DNA of 64,000 nucleotides from a virus: IMG/VR virus record IMGVR_UViG_3300028653_000010; one strand, 5' to 3'. Shown piece by piece: positions 37,712 to 47,356 of this stretch (position 1 is its first letter; each line of letters starts with the position of its first letter). The notes under the pieces were generated by a model. It saw only the letters and a program-made list of their open reading frames with translations, ran no database searches and was not told where the DNA came from. The position numbers and the translations under genes were made by a program.

Positions 37712-39739
37712 TCAAGCCCTTCTCAACCCAGGTGGGAGAGCTACATCGCCACCACCTAGATTAGACACCAATTGAGAGTTCGTAACGGTAGGAGCACCAA
37801 AACCTCCAGTAAACATAGCCTGGACGTTGTAGTCGTATTCAGTCGGACTATCCAAAAGGAATGTAGCCCTCACGGTGAACTCGATGTTGTACTCCAAGGA
37901 GTATGGAGTGGTATCAGCTTCGGTGATATTGAAGCTGTCGAATGACCCAATATACAAGGTGTTGTCGTAGTAAATGTAGATTGACCCTAGAAGTGACAGC
38001 CTCGACAACAGGTTGTTCTTCATGGTGTCAGCCAACGTATTGACGTATAACCCACCATTGTTGCGGTAGAGCAGGTACAAGCTCATGAAGTTCTGATAGC
38101 TAGCTGAGTACTGACGAGCCACTCGTGTCAACCCAGGACCTCCTCCGAGATTGTTGGCATCATCGCTAGGTAGGGTGTCAATAGCAAAGAAGGCTGCAAG
38201 CTTACCCGAGAGACTGAGCTTATCCTGCTGCTCACCCCAATGCTCAATGACAGGACCCTCTCGAGTGAAGTTACCATCGGAGATAACTTTCTCTGAGCTG
38301 ATCTTGATACTCGTTGGGTTGACCAAGAGGCGTAGAGGTGGGGTTGTCCTCATCCGATCAAGAGCCAGCGCGGTCATGGCTATCTCAGCTCTTTGGGCGT
38401 TCTGGTACTGCTTGCCGAGTTCCGTCTTGTTCAAATCGATCTTGTCGGCAGTCTTGTCGTCCTGCTTTCGAGCCGCGCTCGCGTTAGGCGAACCGTTGGT
38501 ACCCCAATCACCATTCGACCCATCTTGAGGTTGGACTACCTGGGCAAGCAACGGACAGCTGGCATCGTAGGGCGAGTCAGCCGTGAACCTATTGCGTCTA
38601 CTCTTCTGGTATCCAGCCCGAGATTGATACTGGCTGCCAGTTTCCTTGAAAGCACAACAACTTGGTGCTTGGCTTGGTAAGTCTGAGCCCTTGTCCAACT
38701 GCAAACCAGATCCAGCCATACCATTTGCTACCAAACCAACCCGATATCGAACCCCTTGGTAGTAGGAAGCCGAAGACTCCTCATAGTACGAAGTCTGAGC
38801 CAACGAAGTGGTATAACCGAGCACATCTCCACTTTGTGCAGAGGTCATAACGTTTGGATTGCCTCCGGTAACTCGAGAGATAAATGCCTTAGCCCCAGTA
38901 CCTGAGTCAGGGTATGTTGTGAAGTAGCGTTGACCAGCATAGGTGTTGGCTGAGAAAGACTGCCCAGAAGTATGAGGTGTCTTCGAACTACCTATCCCAC
39001 CAAAGTTATTGTTTGGTACGTTACCCCCAGTTTCATGGAGAGCCTGAGCTGTATACATCTGGAGTTCAGTGTTAGTAGGGTCTCTCCCATACAAGTCACG
39101 GTAGGCATTACCCAAAGTCCCCCACAACTGAGGAATGCTGTATCGTGAGTAGTTTGCTGGTCCCTGATTTGGTCCAACAGTGGTACTAGGACCATTTGGA
39201 ATATTGGTAGCAGTCCCAGATCCTTGTTGTAGCCTATATCCTGTAGCTGTGACTATCCCACCAGGAGCATTCCCCGTCGGACCTAAGGCCCCCAGGGATT
39301 GTGAAGACGGGCCACTGAAGTCAATGGGTTGATTTGGATACCCCTCAGTCGCCCCTATCGAAGCTGATCTGTCCAGTACTCGTCCGGTGATGTTTGAAGT
39401 CGGGGGTATGAGTCCAACTACGAACAACTTAGGATTTGACTTGGTCTGCGAAATAGGGATGAAGTTGGTGTTGAGGTCATTGTCTAGCTCTAGGGAGGAG
39501 TGGAACCCCAAGAGCTGGTAGAACATCGGCCCGTAGTAGTCAGCCGCTTGCTCTATCTGGTTGATGACCCGATTTGACCCTCCCTTTAGTTGAGGCGGAA
39601 GTGGATTGGCAATCGAGTTTCCAGTACTAATTGGAGCAAAGGTCTTCCCTTGTGCACTTGTAGGATCATTTGGGGTTGACCCCCAAAAGTCCAAGTAGCC
39701 CTGTGGATTTGGTTCGTTGCCTGCCATGATCTCACTCAA
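37712..39739 (-). CDS. Tube-initiator-like baseplate protein fused to a GH73/FlgJ-like peptidoglycan hydrolase domain
   Basis: Central AQALHETGG..NNNFGGI...YFTTYPD...YY motif. The C-terminal LLVNPTSI...TREGPVIEHWGE...LSG domain is paralogous to 39736-40473. Confidence 0.65.
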   Translation of the reverse strand: MSEIMAGNEPNPQGYLDFWGSTPNDPTSAQGKTFAPISTGNSIANPLPPQLKGGSNRVINQIEQAADYYGPMFYQLLGFHSSLELDNDLNTNFIPISQTKSNPKLFVVGLIPPTSNITGRVLDRSASIGATEGYPNQPIDFSGPSSQSLGALGPTGNAPGGIVTATGYRLQQGSGTATNIPNGPSTTVGPNQGPANYSRYSIPQLWGTLGNAYRDLYGRDPTNTELQMYTAQALHETGGNVPNNNFGGIGSSKTPHTSGQSFSANTYAGQRYFTTYPDSGTGAKAFISRVTGGNPNVMTSAQSGDVLGYTTSLAQTSYYEESSASYYQGVRYRVGLVANGMAGSGLQLDKGSDLPSQAPSCCAFKETGSQYQSRAGYQKSRRNRFTADSPYDASCPLLAQVVQPQDGSNGDWGTNGSPNASAARKQDDKTADKIDLNKTELGKQYQNAQRAEIAMTALALDRMRTTPPLRLLVNPTSIKISSEKVISDGNFTREGPVIEHWGEQQDKLSLSGKLAAFFAIDTLPSDDANNLGGGPGLTRVARQYSASYQNFMSLYLLYRNNGGLYVNTLADTMKNNLLSRLSLLGSIYIYYDNTLYIGSFDSFNITEADTTPYSLEYNIEFTVRATFLLDSPTEYDYNVQAMFTGGFGAPTVTNSQLVSNLGGGDVALPPGLRRA

Positions 39740-40473
39740 CCTAAATCAATGACGTCCCCATGAGTTCCAGGGACTGCTGGAGTACCACCGGGTGAAGCTA
39801 CTTTGATTCCACTCGAGGGGTTCAAAGCACCTGAAGTGGAACGATTCTGGGATTGAAAAGCCGCACTTCTGAATGGGATCATTCGAGAGTTCTGGGGTAT
39901 CTGATGAATGATCCTCTCAACCTTGAAGGTCCACGAGAGCCTGAAAGCAAACGGGCTATCGTCAGTCTCTTCAACTGAAAAACTACGGAAACTTCCGATA
40001 TATGTCCCCCGATCATACATCAGAAGTATCCAACCTTGGCGCACGATGGACCCGTCTGGGTGGTACATACTAGCGTTGTTTCGGTAGAGATCATACAAGT
40101 CCCGATAACGGTCCCAAGCAATTGTCCTCTGGCGCAACAAGGATGAAAGCCCAGTGTAGAGGTTGATGAAGGCACCGGTTGACTGCTCACAAGAGATCTC
40201 GCTCAAGTCATCACCCCAGTGCCATTCTACATAGCCACCACGTGTAGGAGCTCTTTCGACCTTCTTGTTGAAGGTCTCGTCGAAGCTCGATGGGTTCACA
40301 TGGGATACGAGGGCATGCGGGAGTAAAGCCTTGTTGACATCGTAGGGACTGGTTACTTGGAAAGCTAGTGGAATGAAATGCTTGCGTGTGTCAGCACCAT
40401 GAACATAGACTGGCTTACCCAACGGTTCGATGGGCGTGAAGTTTGATTGGTTAGCTGAGGAGATGTAAGGCAT
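39736..40473 (-). CDS. Tail tube initiator-like baseplate protein (gp48/gp54-like position)
   Basis: VNPSSF...PTRGGYVEWHWGD...YIGSFRSFSVEE.DDSPF; directly after the tape measure gene. Confidence 0.6.
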   Translation of the reverse strand: MPYISSANQSNFTPIEPLGKPVYVHGADTRKHFIPLAFQVTSPYDVNKALLPHALVSHVNPSSFDETFNKKVERAPTRGGYVEWHWGDDLSEISCEQSTGAFINLYTGLSSLLRQRTIAWDRYRDLYDLYRNNASMYHPDGSIVRQGWILLMYDRGTYIGSFRSFSVEETDDSPFAFRLSWTFKVERIIHQIPQNSRMIPFRSAAFQSQNRSTSGALNPSSGIKVASPGGTPAVPGTHGDVIDLG

Positions 40474-43400
40474 TAGCTGAACTTCTCCCTACGCTTGTAC
40501 TCGTGAACTCCCTGAGCAATCTTGCCTTTGAGATAGTTCGCAAGGTCCGCCCCACCAATACCGTCGACGTGAAGGTGAATGTCCCCAGAGCCTCCCCCAC
40601 CACCAGCAGGTACGATCCTCTCTCCGCGCCCAATCGAGGTGAGTCCTTCGCCTGGAGCTGGATTGACGTTGGCTAGCCCACCGTTGATCCCTGTGACGAT
40701 CCCCCCAGCAGCATTAGGTCCCATGAGGGTGTCTTGACCCTGAATCTTGGCTATTGATTGTTGTTTCTGGAACGATTCAGTCATCTCACCAAGACCACCA
40801 AACCCCGAGTCTTTCATCTTCTTCAAGGTCTCAGCTGGGTTCTGTGCAGTGTAGAGTGCGTACTCAAACAGAGCTTGCTGAGCCCCCTTGTAGATCACAT
40901 CCTGGTACTCACCCTTGAGCTGTACCTTATCGAGCTTAATTCCCTTTACCCTCATCGCCTTCCACAAATCTTGAAGGCTATTGACTAGGGTATCGCCAGT
41001 AAAGTCGATACTATCAAGGACAGCCTCGTTCATCTTCTTCTCGTCAGGCTGGGGTGCTGTTGCCGGACTGAAGAAGCCTCCACCAGCCGGAGTCTGCGAT
41101 GTAGAGGCCGCCGGAGTAGAGGTAGGAGCAACAGGAACCGCAGCCCCTCCTGTACCTGGATTCTCGCTCTTGGCTGCAGCATGCTGTTGAGCGCTGGGTG
41201 ATCCACCACCACCAGCTTGATCCATCAGCATAGTCCGACCTGTAGCTCCAGTGAACCACAGACCCAACTTGGTATAGAGGTCGGCCTCAGCTTTATCACT
41301 CAAACCACCAGCAGAAATCGAAGCCCCTACTGAAGACCCACTTTTCTTAGCAGACATGATCCTAGCTGCATCACTCCCACCAATACCAGACGCTTTAAGA
41401 GCCTCTTCTAGATCTTTTTCAAGATTACCTGAGACAGAGTCACCGGTGAAGGCCCCTGCAATGTTAGACTTCATCGCCTCTTGTCTGGCCCTGTCATCAG
41501 AGTTATTCGAGTGAAGTAGGGAGTCAATGTTCCTGGCGGCTCCAGTTCCAGACAGCTCACCCATGTACTTACCGACGTCACCCCCAGACCTGCCCCAAGC
41601 CCCAACTACCTCAGAGTTCTTTGACCCTAGAGCGCTCTCTCTGATAGCGGACTTCTTACCGAACTTGGTATTGAAGATATTGGAGATATCCATCAATATG
41701 CCGTATATTCGGTTGTACAAGGCATCGAAGATCAGGTCTAGCTTGTCAACCATAGCCTGAGTTCGCTGTCCTTGCTCCTCACCCATCTTACGCATGGCAT
41801 CAGCGTCTTTTTCAGCCTGGGACTTATTAGCTTCAGCATTCTTAGCATCGAGGCTCTGCCAAAGTTGGTCCTCAGAGAGTGACTCAACTTGCTTGGCGAC
41901 CATGTCCTTCTGTGAATCCAAGTCCTTAACGCCAAGTTTCTGATCAATCTTGCCGTACTTCTTCAGAGTTGACAGGAGGAACTCTTGCTCCTGTGTGGTG
42001 CCATCAATTGCACCAACCAAGTCGTTCTTCTGCTGTTTGATAGCACGCTCTATTGCTACCTCAGCCTTAGCTTGCTCCTCACCACCTGCCGCTTGTGAAG
42101 CCCATCGCTCCCCTCCAACGCCACCTTTCATAGCTTCCTCGAAGCTACCAATCCCGGACATTGACTTGAGCTGGGCTTGACGATGCTTGTGAGCGGCGAA
42201 GCCACCAACATTTTCGAGAGCCATCGCGGCCCCATAAGTGCCATGCTTTAGCTGCTCTGTGGCCTGATCAAGGTTCTGGAAGGCCTCCTGCATCGCCCCA
42301 CCACCTTGGATCTTGCCGCCCTTTTCCAGGTTCTTTAGACTTACGCCCTTAACCTTCTTACCTCTGAGGATCTCTGCAGCGTCATCGGCACCCAAACCCG
42401 AAGCATTACTAATCTGCTTTACAAGATCGTCTTTCTGCTCCTTTACGCTCTTCTTGAGGACATCTATGCCCTTCGAGCCACCCATGAGTACAGCCTTCAA
42501 GCGATCTTGGACTGAGGTCCCTTTGAAGCCCTTGGCAAACTCGGTCAGGAACTTTTGAGCTGTCCGAGGGCTCATCACCTTCCCTAACTGACCAAGCATC
42601 TTAGTAGTCTCTCCGAGCCTAACCCCATAGAGGGCTAGATCTGAGGAGACCCCACGAAGCATTGCAAAAAACTTGTTCTGAGCAATGCCTGAATCCTCTG
42701 CGGATCGACCTATCAGATCGAACTCCTTAGCCAGGTCGCTGAGACCTGAGCCCATTTGCTGCATCATCTCAGCTTGCATCTGGGCAATCTCGTCAACTGT
42801 AACACCGAACAATCGTGAGTAAACGATAGACTGCTTGGAGATATCCGTGTACTTATCGAAGCTGACGGTCAACTTCTCCAAAGTGATACCCTCTCGCTCG
42901 AGGGTGTTGATCACCTGCTGGTGGTCCTTGGCTGTAGTCCCCATGTCGAGGTTCATCTTCAAGTCAGTGGTCTCGTCCCGTAACCGACGTAGTGACTTGT
43001 CGAGGTGCCCCATTCCAGCCTCCACGTTTCTCCCGCTGGCGGCATAAGTATCCCACGTGGATCCTCCCTCTAGTACCGTACGATTCATCTCCTTGACTGC
43101 AGCATCGGCATCGAGGAATAGCTTAACCAAAGCGAATAGTGAGCTACCTACTAAGCTAAGCATGGGTGCAAGTTTGCTTATAGTCCCAAGAAGAGGACCA
43201 ACGCCCTTCATTGCCCCACCGAGGCCCTTGAGCGCAGCTCCCATCCCGCCACCCATGTCTTTGCCCTTGGCAGAGATACTAGCCCCGTGGGACATAGAGA
43301 CCTTGGCTAACCCCTTGAGGAGTCCACCACCCATCTTCGTTCCAGCCTTGGCGAGTCCGAAGATGTCCTTGCTCGACATGGCGCCAACAGCTTCCTTGAA

Positions 43401-43982
43401 CCCCTCAGCAAGCTCAGCGCCTGTCTTGTGAGACTTAATCCCACTAATGAACTCTTTGGCAGCATTGGCTTGCTCAGTCCGCTTTTCAATGTTGGCTCCG
43501 CCACCCGAGGATACCAACCTCTTGCCAAAAGAACTTCTCTTGTCAGCGTAGATCTTTCGTTGAGCCTTGACTGCCTTGATACTAGCCTTCTTCTCAATCT
43601 TGATCTGGTTTTCAAGAGCTTTTTTCAAGAACTCGTCATCGGTCTTCTGCATCCTCTTCTCGAGTGCAGAGATCTTACTTCTCTCTTTGGTTACCGTGAG
43701 GGTGAGTACCTTGTAGGCTTTTCCCATCTCAGCAAAGTCCTTCTTGAACTTGGCTCGCTTGCTGGGGGACATCGAGAAGGCTACCTCACGAAGCACACGC
43801 TTCGAGTGTGCTAGCTCCTTCGTGAAAACCTTGACGGCCTTTGAATCGAAGGCCTTGATTTGTAGCTTACTGCTAACAGTCTTCCGCAACTGCTTGTCAA
43901 TGTTGGAGATAGACCGCATGGCTTTGCGAGTCTCAAGCTCGACATTGAACGCTAGTTCGATATCTTCTCGATCTTTAGCCAC
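40473..43982 (-). CDS. Tail tape measure protein (1169 aa)
   Basis: Long Ala/Gly/Lys-rich helical protein after the tube and chaperone genes; C-terminal AAGGIV...GERIVP motif. Confidence 0.85.
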   Translation of the reverse strand: MAKDREDIELAFNVELETRKAMRSISNIDKQLRKTVSSKLQIKAFDSKAVKVFTKELAHSKRVLREVAFSMSPSKRAKFKKDFAEMGKAYKVLTLTVTKERSKISALEKRMQKTDDEFLKKALENQIKIEKKASIKAVKAQRKIYADKRSSFGKRLVSSGGGANIEKRTEQANAAKEFISGIKSHKTGAELAEGFKEAVGAMSSKDIFGLAKAGTKMGGGLLKGLAKVSMSHGASISAKGKDMGGGMGAALKGLGGAMKGVGPLLGTISKLAPMLSLVGSSLFALVKLFLDADAAVKEMNRTVLEGGSTWDTYAASGRNVEAGMGHLDKSLRRLRDETTDLKMNLDMGTTAKDHQQVINTLEREGITLEKLTVSFDKYTDISKQSIVYSRLFGVTVDEIAQMQAEMMQQMGSGLSDLAKEFDLIGRSAEDSGIAQNKFFAMLRGVSSDLALYGVRLGETTKMLGQLGKVMSPRTAQKFLTEFAKGFKGTSVQDRLKAVLMGGSKGIDVLKKSVKEQKDDLVKQISNASGLGADDAAEILRGKKVKGVSLKNLEKGGKIQGGGAMQEAFQNLDQATEQLKHGTYGAAMALENVGGFAAHKHRQAQLKSMSGIGSFEEAMKGGVGGERWASQAAGGEEQAKAEVAIERAIKQQKNDLVGAIDGTTQEQEFLLSTLKKYGKIDQKLGVKDLDSQKDMVAKQVESLSEDQLWQSLDAKNAEANKSQAEKDADAMRKMGEEQGQRTQAMVDKLDLIFDALYNRIYGILMDISNIFNTKFGKKSAIRESALGSKNSEVVGAWGRSGGDVGKYMGELSGTGAARNIDSLLHSNNSDDRARQEAMKSNIAGAFTGDSVSGNLEKDLEEALKASGIGGSDAARIMSAKKSGSSVGASISAGGLSDKAEADLYTKLGLWFTGATGRTMLMDQAGGGGSPSAQQHAAAKSENPGTGGAAVPVAPTSTPAASTSQTPAGGGFFSPATAPQPDEKKMNEAVLDSIDFTGDTLVNSLQDLWKAMRVKGIKLDKVQLKGEYQDVIYKGAQQALFEYALYTAQNPAETLKKMKDSGFGGLGEMTESFQKQQSIAKIQGQDTLMGPNAAGGIVTGINGGLANVNPAPGEGLTSIGRGERIVPAGGGGGSGDIHLHVDGIGGADLANYLKGKIAQGVHEYKRREKFS

Positions 43983-43985
43983 AAA

Positions 43986-45284
43986 TCATCTCCTAAACGG
44001 TTTCGCAGTAGGTCGAGGCTGGGGTAGGGCCCTGATCTCGGATGGGTCACGGTCAGTAGTACCCACCCCAGACGTTTGATAAGTGCTGTCCTCTTGGTTC
44101 ATGTACTTGTTGAGAAACATCTCCATTCTATCGTCCATCATCTCAGGATAGACGATCGTCGCAGCAGCCCGTTGGGCATCTAGCTGTTTCTTGTGTTTGA
44201 TCCTGTCCTCAACCTCAGCTTTACTCAAACCCTCCATACTAGTTGATGCCACGTACGGAAGCGGAGAGTCTTTTAGCTTATCCTCATACAAGTTCTTGAG
44301 CTTTTGCTGACGTTCAAGTACCTGCTCTCTTCTACGAGCCTCTTCACGAGCAACAACCTCATCATGCCAATCTTGCTCACCACGAAGGCTGCTTTGAAGC
44401 TGGGCCGCAAGCTCGTCAGCGGTTCGAGCAACCTTCATCACATATCGACCTCTGGTCTCAGCTTCGTCAGGACTCTCACGGAGTACAACCTGACGAATCA
44501 CCTTGTCCCGTCGCTGGATCTTATCCTGACGCTCTTTGATCCTACGATCCTTGTCCTGACTGTAGATCTTTCGGATCTCCCTACCAGCAAAACACGAGCC
44601 GATGAACTTGGCATTATCCCACTCACGCTCAGCTGAATCCTTCATGTCCTCATACTGATTGATGGCTCTCCAGGCGAGTTGAGCGTAATTGAGACCTAAG
44701 GACTGAGTCCCAGCGATCCCAGTGCACGAGGTGGACATTAGGTCCAAACCCTTGAATTGGTTCCAACGATATCGAGAGTAGTTCTCAACCTGATAAGCTT
44801 CAGTAAGGATCACAGCATCCGAGGCCTTTTGATTCACTTCGGACAAGTACTGAATGATTTTCGACTTGGCTCCTGCTGGTAAAGCCGAGAACATATCCTC
44901 AAGTTGAGGAACCCACACCTCTCTATCAGAGAGGATATTTTGGCCATCGATCATGAATACGCCGTAGGCCATGAAGGAGCGGTAGTACCGGTCGACAGAC
45001 TTACCCGAAACGTCTCCTACGGGGCCAGCTATCCACTGGAGATACTCAAACTCCTTGTGATTGATCGACTTGAAGACAAACTGAACTCCATTGATAGTAG
45101 CTGGAAGCGCAAGAAAGCCTCTGAAGAGTAGACTCTCTACATTATGGTAGATCCTAGGATCTACCTCAGGCTCTTTTGGAGCGGTGATCTGAATGTTTTC
45201 AGGGTCAACCTCTTCTGAAGCAATGGCTTCCTCAGCCCCCTCCACAATCTGATTGATCCTGTCGGTGACGGAGAGATGGCGCAC
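43986..45284 (-). CDS. Tail assembly chaperone-like protein 2
   Basis: Between the tube and tape measure genes; N domain (INGVQFVFKSI...GVFMIDG) resembles that of the upstream gene; charged coiled-coil C-terminus. Confidence 0.55.
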   Translation of the reverse strand: MRHLSVTDRINQIVEGAEEAIASEEVDPENIQITAPKEPEVDPRIYHNVESLLFRGFLALPATINGVQFVFKSINHKEFEYLQWIAGPVGDVSGKSVDRYYRSFMAYGVFMIDGQNILSDREVWVPQLEDMFSALPAGAKSKIIQYLSEVNQKASDAVILTEAYQVENYSRYRWNQFKGLDLMSTSCTGIAGTQSLGLNYAQLAWRAINQYEDMKDSAEREWDNAKFIGSCFAGREIRKIYSQDKDRRIKERQDKIQRRDKVIRQVVLRESPDEAETRGRYVMKVARTADELAAQLQSSLRGEQDWHDEVVAREEARRREQVLERQQKLKNLYEDKLKDSPLPYVASTSMEGLSKAEVEDRIKHKKQLDAQRAAATIVYPEMMDDRMEMFLNKYMNQEDSTYQTSGVGTTDRDPSEIRALPQPRPTAKPFRR

Positions 45285-45287
45285 AGA

Positions 45288-46391
45288 TCAAACCCTCGGC
45301 GGGGGTCGATATCTAGGATTAACCCCTCCTGATGGGTTACGGTCGAGGATTGATCCCAAGCTAGTTGGTTCAACCTTCGGAGACCCAACACTGGAGACAA
45401 CAGCAGTGCCAGGAACGGATTCAGCGACCCTTGTCGAGCTTTGGATGGCTGGTCCGGTGGAGGACCCACTCATGCGTTCTACTTCGCCTTGATAGGACTG
45501 AACAGCCGAGGGTGCACCTGGTAGGTTACCTTCTAGAGCCTCCAGGTCGCGCGCTCGACGCAATACCTCTGGGGACAGCGGGATAGCGGGTACTCGAGAT
45601 TGTTCTGGTTCGACCCTAGCCACCTGAGTTGGAACACTCACTGGCATCTGGTTTAGTGGGACCCTAGTCACTTGTGGAGCGCTTCGAACCTGGGACGAAG
45701 TAGGGGCCGCAGCGGGACCGGAAGGCTCGTGGGAAGCCACCCTAGAGCGGTCAGAGTCGGTCTCAGACGCTACACTCGCTAGGCGAGCATCCACTGACTC
45801 GAGCTCCTCCTTAGAGGACTTGGACATGTAGCCAACCTCGCTGAGGATACGAGACACTAACTCGAATGGTATTTGCCCTTCGAGATCTTTGGCCTCAGTC
45901 AGTAGCCGCCGGAACTTGTCCTCAGGGGTCTCCTCTGGGAGACGGAACTCAATCCCTTGAATTGCCTTTGCATCAGCCAGGTCGACCACATCCCCAAATT
46001 TACGGAATGCAGCTTCAACCGCTGGGATGGACCAACTAGCTAGGATGTAGTCGGCTACAAACTTGTGGCGCTCAAGAGCAATAGTATTGAGCTGTTTTAC
46101 CCCCTCAACCTCAACCTCTTCTTCGACCTCAATGAAGTCGAACTCTCGAAGACTCTCACCGTTGATCTCGATTAGGGACCGGCTCAAGTGGCCGAACCTA
46201 TAACCGTTCATGTAGGCGGCATCTTCGAGATCTTCGATATCGTCCAGAACCGATTGATACTCACCAGGTTGCAAGCTCCGCAGTACGACTTCGCAACCAT
46301 CTATTGTGAACTTCTCTTCTGCCTCACCTACTCGTTGAGCCTTCTGGATAGCGTCTTTGATCTTGTTTGCTTTTAGTCTTCTTGTTGCCAT
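45288..46391 (-). CDS. Tail assembly chaperone-like protein 1 with a disordered C-terminus
   Basis: FTIDGCEVVLRSL...LSRSLIEINGE chaperone-like domain; follows the tube gene; SD GAGGTG before ATG 46391. Confidence 0.6.
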   Translation of the reverse strand: MATRRLKANKIKDAIQKAQRVGEAEEKFTIDGCEVVLRSLQPGEYQSVLDDIEDLEDAAYMNGYRFGHLSRSLIEINGESLREFDFIEVEEEVEVEGVKQLNTIALERHKFVADYILASWSIPAVEAAFRKFGDVVDLADAKAIQGIEFRLPEETPEDKFRRLLTEAKDLEGQIPFELVSRILSEVGYMSKSSKEELESVDARLASVASETDSDRSRVASHEPSGPAAAPTSSQVRSAPQVTRVPLNQMPVSVPTQVARVEPEQSRVPAIPLSPEVLRRARDLEALEGNLPGAPSAVQSYQGEVERMSGSSTGPAIQSSTRVAESVPGTAVVSSVGSPKVEPTSLGSILDRNPSGGVNPRYRPPPRV

Positions 46392-46445
46392 TCTCACACC
46401 TCTAAATAGAGACGGAGAAGGACTTCGCGGGAGAACGGTAGAGAG

Positions 46446-46575
46446 AATTTACATCTACATCCCAGCTAGAACTTATGATCTAGGCTCCACAAGGTGTGGA
46501 GAATGGGTCGAAGTGATCTGGATCTGATTTGATATCGTCTACATTTACATCCGTGTCCGCTGGTCCATCTCATCT
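46446..46575 (-). repeat. Array of RRAT(C/G) penta/hexamers in the tube-chaperone intergenic leader
   Basis: Minus strand AGATG-AGATGG; GGATGT-AAATGT-AGACG-ATATC-AAATC-AGATCC-AGATC; GGATGT-AGATGT-AAAT. The blocks are separated by short hairpins (CTCCACA-CCT-TGTGGAG). Confidence 0.7.
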
Positions 46576-46600
46576 AATTGCCTCGGAGATAACCACGAAA

Positions 46601-47323
46601 TTACGTCACTAGCCCAGTTCTGGGCTGTGCCCCACCTGCAAACCTAAGCGAGAACCCAGCGCCTGCAGTTCCACCACCAGCAGGTGATAGACCTGTGTCG
46701 ATGAACTCTCCGTAGTTGGAAACCCCGTCGATGATGTCAGTCACCGTAACCGAGCTATTCTCTGCTACAATTGAGGCATCCGACGTGAACGAAGCGGAGA
46801 AGCTGTTGAGCCAGCAACCCTCGAAGAAAGTGAAGAGAGCCTTGATGTCGTTGGCGTACATGTTGTTCACACCATTGGGCTGAGACTGAGCGCTCTTTAC
46901 CGCAACGGGTACTCCAACGATATCCTCCTTCGAGCTGATCTCACTGAAGACCAACTCCTGTTTGATGTCAAAGGGCCATCGGTGGTGGCGCAGGGACCTT
47001 GCAAGGCCTTCAATACCACCCTTGTAGCCCAACACCTGGAAGATGTTGACCGTGTACATGAGGGTACGGTTCAAGGTCAAGGTCATCGGCTCAGTGACGC
47101 CAGGGACGAGTTCGGAGACCATGTCACCGAAACCAACCCCACGCACCGGGTCAATGGTACGAGTCTCGTCAAATCCAAATTCCGAAACAGCACCGATCTG
47201 CTGGAACTTGTTCTTGCCGACCATGTACGCATACACCTTGTTCTTCTGCGAAACCGCATACCGAGTGTTCGGGGCGGTACCCATTCTGTAGATGTAGGTG
47301 TCTAGATCACGAGGCGATCCCAT
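46601..47323 (-). CDS. Tail tube protein
   Basis: IGAVSEF...R....VRGVGFGD...ELVPG...TLTLNR...PFDI...FFEGCWLNSFS myovirus tube pattern; strong SD GGAG. Confidence 0.85.
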   Translation of the reverse strand: MGSPRDLDTYIYRMGTAPNTRYAVSQKNKVYAYMVGKNKFQQIGAVSEFGFDETRTIDPVRGVGFGDMVSELVPGVTEPMTLTLNRTLMYTVNIFQVLGYKGGIEGLARSLRHHRWPFDIKQELVFSEISSKEDIVGVPVAVKSAQSQPNGVNNMYANDIKALFTFFEGCWLNSFSASFTSDASIVAENSSVTVTDIIDGVSNYGEFIDTGLSPAGGGTAGAGFSLRFAGGAQPRTGLVT

Positions 47324-47356
47324 GTTGTTTCTCCATTAAAAGTCTAGATGGTCAGC

